This document shows, piece by piece, positions 20,885 through 29,905 of a stretch of DNA of 64,000 nucleotides. The notes under the pieces are model-generated. The model saw only the letters and a program-made list of their open reading frames with translations. It was not told the origin of the DNA and did not search any database. The stretch covers positions 34,243 to 98,242 of the forward strand of contig JAWBBW010000004.1 of NCBI GenBank assembly GCA_038824035.1, read 5' to 3'. The position numbers and the translations under genes are program-made. Position 1 is the first letter of the stretch, and each line of letters begins with the position of its first letter. This stretch comes from Desulfurococcaceae archaeon. GTDB taxonomy: Archaea > Thermoproteota > Thermoprotei_A > Sulfolobales > Desulfurococcaceae.

Positions 20885-21398
20885 AAACCCCCCACCTAGC
20901 TAGGAGTTTTTCATACTCGTTTAATGCCCTGAGATATCTTTTCCCCAATCGCGCTGGGTCTTTCAAGGATATCTCGCCAAGCGGGTAAATCGAGAGAGCG
21001 TTTGTAGGGCATTTAGCTACACATACTGGGTTTCCACCGCATAAGTCGCATATTAAAGGAGTGTTGTCAAGTGGGTTTTGAAATATAGCTCCATAGGGAC
21101 ATGCAATGATGCAGGAACCACATTTAATGCATTTCTCCTTGTCTAGTTTAACATGGCCATTGATATCCCTATACAACGCATCCGTTCCACATGCTGATAA
21201 ACAAGGGGCGTCGAGGCAATGTCTACATACAACGGGGTGGTCCATCTCTATTAGATCATCTTTTATAACCTTTATTCTCGACATCGATGTCGAGAAGACC
21301 TTTTCATGGGAGAAGGAACACCAAACCTCGCAATATCTACAACCAGAACACTTCGAGAGATCTACGATTATGTGTGTTACCATTGGCGCATATACCAC
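20868..21398 (-). CDS. 4x[4Fe-4S] polyferredoxin (AOR partner)
   Basis: CSGCRYCEVWC, CRHCLDAPCLSAC, CIKCGSCIIACP, CDLCGGNPVCVAKCP. Confidence 0.88.
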   Translation of the reverse strand: MVYAPMVTHIIVDLSKCSGCRYCEVWCSFSHEKVFSTSMSRIKVIKDDLIEMDHPVVCRHCLDAPCLSACGTDALYRDINGHVKLDKEKCIKCGSCIIACPYGAIFQNPLDNTPLICDLCGGNPVCVAKCPTNALSIYPLGEISLKDPARLGKRYLRALNEYEKLLARWGVYVGIE

Positions 21399-21431
21399 AC
21401 CTCAATACTTGGGTACATTTATGGGACTAGG

Positions 21432-21446
21432 TATATAAATTTTTCG
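21432..21446 (-). promoter_or_regulatory. BRE-TATA promoter of the ferredoxin-AOR-ABC operon
   Basis: Minus strand CGAAAAA-TTTATATA about 35-50 nt upstream of the ferredoxin gene. Confidence 0.6.
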
Positions 21447-21674
21447 CATAATCAAGACATGGTTAAATGCCCTCATATAGGGATTCAATCATAGGTTGAA
21501 TCCTAGAATTGGCGAAAAACACATTAAATACGAGATAGGTTACAGAGTAATCATTGGCGAGCATGGATGCATCGATATAGAGACAACTCGGTAGTTATAT
21601 CATGGTGATATTTAACCCTCACTAATTAACCCGTCAAGGTATTTAAGATGACAACTACTCAGCGGTGAGCATAA

Positions 21675-21902
21675 TTGCACAGGATTTGTATAAGACTTGT
21701 GTGGAGTGATATAGCGGAGTGTTCCGATATCGATAATTGTGTTGAAACAAGAGATTTGATTGAAAGGATATTTAGAAAACACGATATCAGGATCAATATG
21801 GAATCCATAGGCATAGCGATCAATGGTAGACCCGGGGAATTGAATGAAAAACTATGCAAAGATGCGCTAATCACTGTTTTCAGGGTTTTTAAAGGCGGTT
21901 GA
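21675..21902 (+). CDS. MoaD/ThiS/SAMP-like ubiquitin-fold protein
   Basis: 75 aa; IAINGR; C-terminal VFRVFKGG; SD GCGGTGAG upstream. Confidence 0.7.
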   Translation: MHRICIRLVWSDIAECSDIDNCVETRDLIERIFRKHDIRINMESIGIAINGRPGELNEKLCKDALITVFRVFKGG

Positions 21903-22892
21903 TCTCAATTTCTCAATTCCCTTTCTCCTAATATTTACCAAGACATCGCTTGTAATATCGCCTGGGCTATATCCCTGAGATGCTAAATCCATTTCGAGAT
22001 CTAGCTCTGTGTATATGCCTAACTTGTTCAATATGTTATTGGCTTCGAATATCGACTTAGTTCTCTTGATCATCGAGGCTGGTTTCACCGTCTCCAGTAC
22101 AATGTTTGATCTCAGTATAAAGGTCATCGTGCTGAATAAATTCACGTTGACCTGCCTCGAACCATTTCTTATTTCCCTTATACCTCTAAAGCCCCTGTAA
22201 GCCAGCAGGGATATGTATGACGCCTCACTCTTAACGAATCTCAGTATTTCCTCGAGGAAAACAGCATCTTCTTCACACATCAATTTAACCCCCACGAGGC
22301 CTCTCATAGCAGAGATCTCATCTATTCTCCTTAGAACGTATTCATGGCTCAATTCCCCATCACTACCAGGGCTGTGTACAGCTATCAATCCACCCACCTC
22401 TGATACAGCCGCGAGGCCCATCCAATCAGCCAGTGGGCTCCACAGGTTTTCCTCAAACCCCATTGCCACGATATCTCCACCAACATCGATCGCCATTGCC
22501 ATGTCGACACCGTTTTCACTCATGATCTCCTTAATTGCCTTCACATAGCCCTCAACCCCATTGTACATGTCTACGATATATATCTCTCTGCCTAGAAACC
22601 TAGAGGCGTTGATGGCCTGGAAAAATAATTTTCTACCACCACGTATGGCGTAAGAACCCCCATTGATCACCACGTATCCTTCCCCACTCCTGACAACTCC
22701 GTATATTTCCTCTAGTCTTACAGGGCCAGGGACAGGGTCGTATACATACCTTTCCCAAGCTATTGAAGCCAACACTGTCTTTAATCCACGTTTCTCAAAT
22801 GATCTCGCTATCATGGCAGCTGACGCTATATCGCCACCCCCACCAATAGCTATCACTAGAAGCCTATTCACTGTTTTATCTAAGCAGAGCAT
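21867..22892 (-). CDS. DUF1152 family protein
   Basis: IGGGGD, WERYVYDPVPGP, DVGGD, SPLAD, GSDGEL. Confidence 0.75.
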   Translation of the reverse strand: MLCLDKTVNRLLVIAIGGGGDIASAAMIARSFEKRGLKTVLASIAWERYVYDPVPGPVRLEEIYGVVRSGEGYVVINGGSYAIRGGRKLFFQAINASRFLGREIYIVDMYNGVEGYVKAIKEIMSENGVDMAMAIDVGGDIVAMGFEENLWSPLADWMGLAAVSEVGGLIAVHSPGSDGELSHEYVLRRIDEISAMRGLVGVKLMCEEDAVFLEEILRFVKSEASYISLLAYRGFRGIREIRNGSRQVNVNLFSTMTFILRSNIVLETVKPASMIKRTKSIFEANNILNKLGIYTELDLEMDLASQGYSPGDITSDVLVNIRRKGIEKLRSTAFKNPENSD

Positions 22893-22955
22893 TTCTCAAT
22901 CACTAAGATTGCTTATAGGCTTTATTGACATAAAAACAATACAGAGTTGATGTAA

Positions 22956-23828
22956 ATGCATGCAATGAACCATGGGAGAAAAAAGGCTGGGCTAACCGAG
23001 GGAATGGTATCCATTATTGTGAATACTTGTCTTTTCGCGTTGAAGTACTATGCCGGGTACGTGTCAAACTCCATAGCAGTGATATCAGAGGCGTTCCACA
23101 CACTCTCAGATAGTATAACATCGATCGCGCTTATCATAGGCTTTAAAATAGCCTTCAAACCACCTGATTCAGAACACCCGTTTGGACATCAGCGATTTGA
23201 GATAGTTACATCGGTCATAATAGGCACATTACTGGGTGTAGTGGGGTTCGAATTCATGATTAGAAGCATCGATAAAATATTAAATAGGCAACCAGCCTCG
23301 TTCACGTTAATGGCAATCATCGCGATGTCTTTGTCCATGTTAGTCAAAGAGGTATTAGCTCGCTGGGCCATGAAATTGGCTAAAAGACATGGCTCTGAGA
23401 GCATAATGGCAGATGCATGGCATCATAGAAGCGATGCAATAGCATCAGGCCTTGTATTATTGCCCGTAGTTTTCGGCGAAAAATACTGGTGGTTAGATGG
23501 GTTATTCGGATTAATAGTGTCATCTCTAATAGTCTACACGGCGTATGACATAATAAACAAGTCCACTAGGAAAATACTGGGCAGAGCCCCATCCATGGAA
23601 GAGATCGAATCCTTGAAAAGGATCATCAACACTGTATCAGATAAGGCAGAGGACCTACATCATATCCATATACATGAATACGGAGACCACGTAGAGGTGA
23701 CCCTGCATATCAGGTTACCAAGTGACATAAAGCTTCACGAAGCGCATGAAATAGCCTCCTTGGTTGAGAAAGCGATTAAAGAGAAACTTGGCTGGGAGGC
23801 AACAGTGCATACGGAGCCACGTGGTTGA
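22956..23828 (+). CDS. Cation diffusion facilitator transporter
   Basis: EAFHTLSD, KPPDSEHPFGH, DAWHHRSD, C-terminal dimerisation domain. Confidence 0.9.
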   Translation: MHAMNHGRKKAGLTEGMVSIIVNTCLFALKYYAGYVSNSIAVISEAFHTLSDSITSIALIIGFKIAFKPPDSEHPFGHQRFEIVTSVIIGTLLGVVGFEFMIRSIDKILNRQPASFTLMAIIAMSLSMLVKEVLARWAMKLAKRHGSESIMADAWHHRSDAIASGLVLLPVVFGEKYWWLDGLFGLIVSSLIVYTAYDIINKSTRKILGRAPSMEEIESLKRIINTVSDKAEDLHHIHIHEYGDHVEVTLHIRLPSDIKLHEAHEIASLVEKAIKEKLGWEATVHTEPRG

Positions 23829-23841
23829 GCCAGTGCCGTTG

Positions 23842-24774
23842 TCAATGTTTTCTCCTCCTATATTGATTCCTCGTGAAATCCGGTGTTAAAACGACATCTA
23901 CATGGTATATGAGATCTGATTCCTCTCGTATCCTATTGATCAGCTTAGACCTCATACGATAGGCATCCATGATCGACATTTTGGGATCTACTAGCACGTT
24001 GATAGCGACGACGTAAAAAGATCCATATTTCCTTACATCAATGTTCTTCACCTTTATATCACCGAACGCGTTCATTACCCTATCCAGTATCCTGAGTTTC
24101 ATGTCGATATCGATGTTTTTTCCAAGTATGGCTCTAAAAGCGTCTTCCAATATCTCAAACGCGCTGTGGATAACGAAAAACGTTAAGATCATTGTAAACG
24201 CCACTTCCACGCCGAAATTACGCGTTGAACTGACAATTAATATACCACTGGTAGCTATGATCGAGGCCACCATGTCTATCAATGCATGTGTCAAGTCTAC
24301 CTTTAACAACTCTACTCTAAGCCTCATGTAATACCTTCTCTGAATTATGAACAATAGACCAGTGATCATGCCTCCAAACGCCGTTACAAATGACAAGAGC
24401 GGGTCTACATCAATACTGATACCTGGGTTTTGTATGAAGTAATTGATGTAATCGACGAATACATATCCATATATAACGCTTATGATCATCACGATCACGA
24501 TCATCAGTGATGACTCCAATATTATAGCGCCAAATGGGAATCTCCTAGTAGACCTTGATGCATACACTATCGAGATCAGTAGAAGCGCTTCTAGCCATGT
24601 ATCCACGAACCAGTGTACTAGGTCTGTCAACAAGATCATGTTACGGGATACAAAGAAAACAACGATACCCTCAACTACAGTACCAAGTATACTCAGTGTC
24701 AACGAGATCTTAAACGCCTTTACTGCTTCGCGCAGTCTTAGGCCGAGATCACCATGCCTAGGCATCGATATCAC
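23842..24774 (-). CDS. Cation diffusion facilitator transporter (divergent paralog)
   Basis: DLVHWFVD, RFPFG, DLTHALID, RKYGS and HVDV C-terminal domain. Confidence 0.8.
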   Translation of the reverse strand: MISMPRHGDLGLRLREAVKAFKISLTLSILGTVVEGIVVFFVSRNMILLTDLVHWFVDTWLEALLLISIVYASRSTRRFPFGAIILESSLMIVIVMIISVIYGYVFVDYINYFIQNPGISIDVDPLLSFVTAFGGMITGLLFIIQRRYYMRLRVELLKVDLTHALIDMVASIIATSGILIVSSTRNFGVEVAFTMILTFFVIHSAFEILEDAFRAILGKNIDIDMKLRILDRVMNAFGDIKVKNIDVRKYGSFYVVAINVLVDPKMSIMDAYRMRSKLINRIREESDLIYHVDVVLTPDFTRNQYRRRKH

Positions 24775-24979
24775 CGATTATTGATTTTAGGAAACATTTT
24801 CCATTTCAGGATCAATATATAAGATGAACTTATTGGAAAAGCCATAATAATATTATGATTACGCGGTTATTTAAATTAACCAGATAATCGCTGAGATCGA
24901 TTGAAATAATGGGTTCTTGGGCATAAAATATAAATCATTTTAAATCTCCATACATTACTGTAAACACGGGTTATCAAAA

Positions 24980-26329
24980 ATGGTTGTTGTACCAGGCGAG
25001 GTCGGTTTACATAGGCATAAGCCTATTTTAGTCATACTGATCATCCTGATCAATGTCCTCGTATACATATATACCAGTTATTCGAATGAAACTCCTTTGA
25101 TCAGCTCAACTATTAACAGCATTTACAAACTTGGCTTCATACCCGCAATGATTTTTACCAATCCATTAAAGACCTTGACAAGGATCTTTACAAGCATGTT
25201 TACCCATGCCGATCTCCTCCACATATTCTTCAATATGTATTTCCTATGGATATTTGGCTCTAGGATTGAAAGTGTGCTGGGACATAAGAGGTTCCTGGTG
25301 CTCTACATGCTCTCGGGTCTATCAGCTATATTATTCCACATGGGCTTTATATCGGCCAGTGATTACTCATCCCTGGTCATACCAGCTGTAGGGGCTTCTG
25401 GAGCCATTAGTGGCGTGCTCGGGGCATATCTCTTATTGTTTCCACACACGCGTTTGGTTTTCTGCACATATTTCCTCGTACTACCATATTGCTTTCCAAT
25501 ATCTTCATCAATATTCTTATTAATATGGTTCGCACAACAAGTTATATATGGCTACATGAGGCTTGGAGGCGTAGCATATTTCGCGCACATAGGTGGATTT
25601 GTGCTGGGATTAGCGATAACCCCTGTGCTCGCCAAGCACATCGTGGAGAACTACAGGTATATGGGTGTCTTCGACTGGATCTACAAATACCTTGGCATAA
25701 GCATCAAGAAGCCGAAAGGGCTAGGGGGATTTGCTAAAGCAATATTACTCTTATTACTGATAGCCATTGTCGCCGGCTTCATATATTCCTCGATCATAGC
25801 TATCTCTAGCCCACTTTCAAATACATATGCCTTAAGCATTTCAGCGAATAACAATGAAGAGGTCTTAATGTTCTCCATAAATAGGGGAGATCTCAGTATA
25901 TCCTCGAGCCAAGTTGACTCTGTCAGAATATTTGTGAATAGATTACCCAGGAACCTCATATATAGTAAAGAGTATGCTGGAAAGACCATAGAGGATAATC
26001 TGAGCTATAGTGTTGTTATAAGAGGAGTAAGAGTGCCGGTTGAATTGACTATTTCAGGGAAATATGATGAAAACGGCTTACTCAGGAGTGCAAGCGGAGT
26101 CATGAACACGGAAAGTGTCCTAGTGAACATATATGGCAGGACTTATACAGAGCCCATAACGATAAACTATGAAGTGGAGATCAATGCCATAGACACACAG
26201 CCCCTTGGAGCATCTGCCCTCATGTCAGCCGCCCTCTCACTACTAGCCATACCGGCTATATTTAAATCCGATGAGCTGGTTATCGTCGAAGAATCAGAGG
26301 CCTATTCACGTAGATATCCATATATATAA
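24980..26329 (+). CDS. Rhomboid intramembrane serine protease with C-terminal extension
   Basis: SMFTHADLLHIFFNM, VGASGAISG, AYFAHIGGF. Confidence 0.88.
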   Translation: MVVVPGEVGLHRHKPILVILIILINVLVYIYTSYSNETPLISSTINSIYKLGFIPAMIFTNPLKTLTRIFTSMFTHADLLHIFFNMYFLWIFGSRIESVLGHKRFLVLYMLSGLSAILFHMGFISASDYSSLVIPAVGASGAISGVLGAYLLLFPHTRLVFCTYFLVLPYCFPISSSIFLLIWFAQQVIYGYMRLGGVAYFAHIGGFVLGLAITPVLAKHIVENYRYMGVFDWIYKYLGISIKKPKGLGGFAKAILLLLLIAIVAGFIYSSIIAISSPLSNTYALSISANNNEEVLMFSINRGDLSISSSQVDSVRIFVNRLPRNLIYSKEYAGKTIEDNLSYSVVIRGVRVPVELTISGKYDENGLLRSASGVMNTESVLVNIYGRTYTEPITINYEVEINAIDTQPLGASALMSAALSLLAIPAIFKSDELVIVEESEAYSRRYPYI

Positions 26330-26357
26330 AAACGATATTGCAGAAATCACGCAGAAA

Positions 26358-26891
26358 TCACTTAGTGCTCACTGTTATTTTTGAACCATATTTATTCAAA
26401 TAGACTATTTCCTCGAGCGGCTTACGCGGCCTGAGCGATGGCGTCTCATCCGGATACCCAATAGCTACAATGGCGACTGGTATGGCATTTGACGGTATAT
26501 TGAGTATTTTCCTTATCTCGTCTATGTTCCTCAAGGCCTGGATCCAGACAGTGCCCAGGCCCATGGCATGCGCCGCTAATAGGAAATAGAGCGTTGCACT
26601 TGCACAATCCAACATGTATGATAAAGGTGATTCATCAATTACACACGCCACCACCACGGCTAAAGGAGCTGATTCAAGTGGCTTAGCGTGGATATGTATG
26701 GATGCTAGCTTACTCTTTAAGATGGGGTCATTGACCACTATGAATCTCCATGGCTGGCTGTTACCGGCACTGGGGGCGTATCTAGCCGTGTCAATAGCTT
26801 TTAAGACGAGATCCATTGGCGGGGGTTCTGGCTTAAATTTCCTAATACTCCTCCTGGACTTTATGAACTCTAGGAGGTGTTCATTACTCAT
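26358..26891 (-). CDS. Nitroreductase family protein
   Basis: RRSIRKF, APSAGNSQPW, AHAMGLGTVW, AIGYP. ATG 26891 follows GGTGA. Confidence 0.9.
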   Translation of the reverse strand: MSNEHLLEFIKSRRSIRKFKPEPPPMDLVLKAIDTARYAPSAGNSQPWRFIVVNDPILKSKLASIHIHAKPLESAPLAVVVACVIDESPLSYMLDCASATLYFLLAAHAMGLGTVWIQALRNIDEIRKILNIPSNAIPVAIVAIGYPDETPSLRPRKPLEEIVYLNKYGSKITVSTK

Positions 26892-27000
26892 TGAATCACC
26901 TTGCATGGTTATTTATTTTAGTAATCATGGATTTAAAAACAATAATATCGCCTGTGTTTTTAAACAATACATCGCTTTCTCTCATTAACCCAGCCAGTGG

Positions 27001-27277
27001 TTATATGAAATAACATGGATTATTGACATCTACGTGCTTAGGCAGTCCCCTCACTCTTGCAATAGCTTCGAGATCCCTGGAGATATCGTACCCATATTTC
27101 CAGGCATCGAAAATACGATCTCTCGGGCATGTCGCTCGCATTGTCAGTATTTTACCCGATAAAGTCTTGCCAAGCGCTATACCTGGTATCATGATTTTAT
27201 GCATATCGCTTGGATCAATTGATATGTTGACCCTTGACGGAGACCTCAATTTTCATATCACTGGTTATTTCATATAA
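27001..27277. repeat. 277-bp segment bounded by perfect 14-bp inverted repeats
   Basis: TTATATGAAATAAC at 27001-27014 and its reverse complement GTTATTTCATATAA at 27264-27277. Confidence 0.6.
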
Positions 27278-27605
27278 GCATGAAGAACGGTGGTTTGTCA
27301 AGGAACATAGCCGTAGTAGTCATTTCAAATCTATCCAGGGTAACGGCGATGTCATCGGCCGACCTAGTCATGATCTATTCCAGCTCATGATAGTTAACGG
27401 AAATATTCCACATATAACATGACATTGAATACCACGATGTATTCACCACTAAACATAGCCACGTTAACACACATTACCTTATCCATCACGTAGTTATTAT
27501 CCCTGCACACAGTTACAAGATGGATAAATACCTGAAAAAACACGTTAAGTTGTTAAAGAACATATTTAAACCCCTTTTACAATATGAATGAATGGGGTTC
27601 AATCT

Positions 27606-28073
27606 ATGAAAGCCATTTCACCAGTAATAGCCACAGTTATAATAGTGGCCGTTACAATAGCCATTACAATAGCAGTTGCACTATGGATGACAGGCATAAT
27701 AGGCGGCTTCACAGGCACAGAGAACCTGCAAATAATTAATGCCTATGTGAAGTCATCGAATTTTACAAATGGAGGGAATATAACCATAGTCCTGGATGTT
27801 AAAAACGTTGGAACAGTGGATGCCACAATAGACAACATATTCTTCAATGGAAGATCTTGCACAGATTTCGCAATAAACGGAACTGCTGCTCCACCAGTTT
27901 CAATACCAATAAAGGTTGGTGAATCCAAGACCCTTATAATCAATTTAACTCTGAGTTGTGGGCAGAACGTTTGTGAGTTCTGTGGTTTCAATATAGGTCC
28001 TGGTCAAATGCTTGAAATAAAACTTCACACTGCTAGTGGTAAAGAATATCCAAAGATGATTACTGTTTATTAG
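27606..28073 (+). CDS. Archaeal type IV pilin
   Basis: Class III signal MKA|ISPVIATVIIVAVTIAI followed by a hydrophobic helix. ATG 27606 (ORF track start 27588). Confidence 0.88.
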   Translation: MKAISPVIATVIIVAVTIAITIAVALWMTGIIGGFTGTENLQIINAYVKSSNFTNGGNITIVLDVKNVGTVDATIDNIFFNGRSCTDFAINGTAAPPVSIPIKVGESKTLIINLTLSCGQNVCEFCGFNIGPGQMLEIKLHTASGKEYPKMITVY

Positions 28074-28161
28074 GTATAAAGTCCTTTTTTAAATGAACCT
28101 GGTTCCTCGCTGTAATTGTTTTTAAACCACTGGTTTCTTTATTATCAAATGTGTGGTTTAA

Positions 28162-28617
28162 ATGAGAGCTGTTGAACCCGTATTAGCCACTGTTATCATA
28201 GTCGCCATCACCATTACTATAGCAATGGTGATCGCCCTCTGGATCTCTGGTATCATAGGCGGGTTTACAAGGATTGAGCGATTAGATATCGTGAGCGGAT
28301 ATATCAGTGAAACCAGTGATAGCTTAATAGTCACTCTCATCGTCAAGAACACTGGGACAATTGACGTGACCATCGAGAGAATTTTGATTAACAATAGGTT
28401 GATCAACCTTGACAAGGCGAATTTAATGATAGATAACGAGCCCTCTAAATTGCCCTATAGGATCAGAATTGGCGAAAACATCACCTTGGTCTTCGATCTC
28501 CTGGGAGCACTGGAAGGTACTGGAGTGAATGTTATGCCTGGCCAGATGATCGAGGTTAGATTGAGGACCTCGAGTGGCAATGACTACTTGAAATTAATGT
28601 TTCTACCCTATCGATAG
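28162..28617 (+). CDS. Archaeal type IV pilin (paralog)
   Basis: MRA|VEPVLATVIIVAITITI; shares W..GIIGGFT, VKN.GT.D.TI, PGQM.E with the upstream pilin. Confidence 0.85.
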   Translation: MRAVEPVLATVIIVAITITIAMVIALWISGIIGGFTRIERLDIVSGYISETSDSLIVTLIVKNTGTIDVTIERILINNRLINLDKANLMIDNEPSKLPYRIRIGENITLVFDLLGALEGTGVNVMPGQMIEVRLRTSSGNDYLKLMFLPYR

Positions 28618-28630
28618 TTTTCATGATTGT

Positions 28631-29881
28631 TCAAACCTTCGTTCTCAGCAATCTCTCTATTTCATCCGAGAACTCTTCTTGATACACTATGATCACTCTA
28701 TCTCCAGGTCTCAACGCCATATCCCTTGCAAATGGATATGCTATCCACGTGTCACGGGTTCTAATGGCCAATATTGTGCCCCCATATTTCCTCAAGTAAT
28801 GTTCTAGACCACCTAGATTGACATCTCTTGATATAGTCACCGTTTTCACTTTCTCCCCGAAGCTTTCAAAGATCTTGCTGAAAAGCTCCCTGTATTCCTC
28901 TGGAAATTCCTCTTGTAACCCCGGTATATAGCTAATAGTGTTGCTCGCGTCTGCTATGTCTTCCAGTTCCTTGAGCAACGTGATTAACCCCATGAACGTG
29001 TCTGGGTCTATCTTGTTGGCCAGGCTCCTTAACTGATCCATTGTCTCCATGTGTCTCCAATCAATGTATATCTCCAGGTCCTCTACCTCCTCCATTAACT
29101 CTGGACTATGTTCCATTAACACGTAGTGAGCTAGGTCAAGCATTAATATGGTGCAGTCCTTTATATTGACAATACTTTTAATAACTTGCTCCAACTCGGG
29201 TATTTCCAAGTCCTCGAAACTGTATTCAACGCCGTGATCAGCCAATAAGCGCATGACATTTTCCTTAAAGCCCCTTACATATAGGACAGAGCCTTTGTGC
29301 ACATTCTCGTCTTGGCGAGGCGCGAACTTGTATCTATCCCCATTGACGATCACTATTATGTCTACCGGGTATTTATCTGTCAACTCGAGTACCTTGAGAT
29401 CTCTGTCAACCCTTAACTTAGCTATGATCTCTCCATCTATGTATGGCAAGATCTGTGCATATCTAAGCCTAGGCGTGTACCCTATCAACAATGTATATAC
29501 AATGTCTTTCACGGAATCCGATATCGTGTCTATCGCGGAGCTATAGTAGAATGATAATAAACTAGCATAACCACCTTCCCTAGATCTCCTGAATGCCATT
29601 GAGTTATGCATTACGAATTGACCTATATTCTCCACTATAGTTTTATCCAATTCAAGTATTCTAAGAGCGAGTTCGTGGTCTCTGGCGAAATATGCGTAAA
29701 AGGCGAGATCTATTGATATATTAGTTAATCTCCAGATCCTGTCCAATATATTCTTCACAGAATCAGGCTTGTATTTGACAAGCGGTGGCCTGATATGGAA
29801 TCTCCTATGTATATCTGGAGTAAGCTTCGACAATACCGACTCCTCGTGAAGATATTTTAACAACACCACTCTTTTAAGCAT
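28631..29881 (-). CDS. PhoU/TrkA-C (RCK-C) domain protein, putative ion-transport regulator
   Basis: Two helical PhoU-like repeats (DLAFYA...ISDS; DLAHY...LEDIADAS) alternate with TrkA-C-like segments (ILAIRT...LRPGDRVII). True start may be TTG 29833 (GAGGAG upstream). Confidence 0.7.
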   Translation of the reverse strand: MLKRVVLLKYLHEESVLSKLTPDIHRRFHIRPPLVKYKPDSVKNILDRIWRLTNISIDLAFYAYFARDHELALRILELDKTIVENIGQFVMHNSMAFRRSREGGYASLLSFYYSSAIDTISDSVKDIVYTLLIGYTPRLRYAQILPYIDGEIIAKLRVDRDLKVLELTDKYPVDIIVIVNGDRYKFAPRQDENVHKGSVLYVRGFKENVMRLLADHGVEYSFEDLEIPELEQVIKSIVNIKDCTILMLDLAHYVLMEHSPELMEEVEDLEIYIDWRHMETMDQLRSLANKIDPDTFMGLITLLKELEDIADASNTISYIPGLQEEFPEEYRELFSKIFESFGEKVKTVTISRDVNLGGLEHYLRKYGGTILAIRTRDTWIAYPFARDMALRPGDRVIIVYQEEFSDEIERLLRTKV

Positions 29882-29905
29882 TAATGTCCACTGATAGAGA
29901 AATAG

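Noticed and set aside
27001-27422. Short ORFs (62-84 aa) upstream of the pilins as real genes
   Set aside because: No SD, motif or recognisable family; may be a decayed gene, so not called as CDS.
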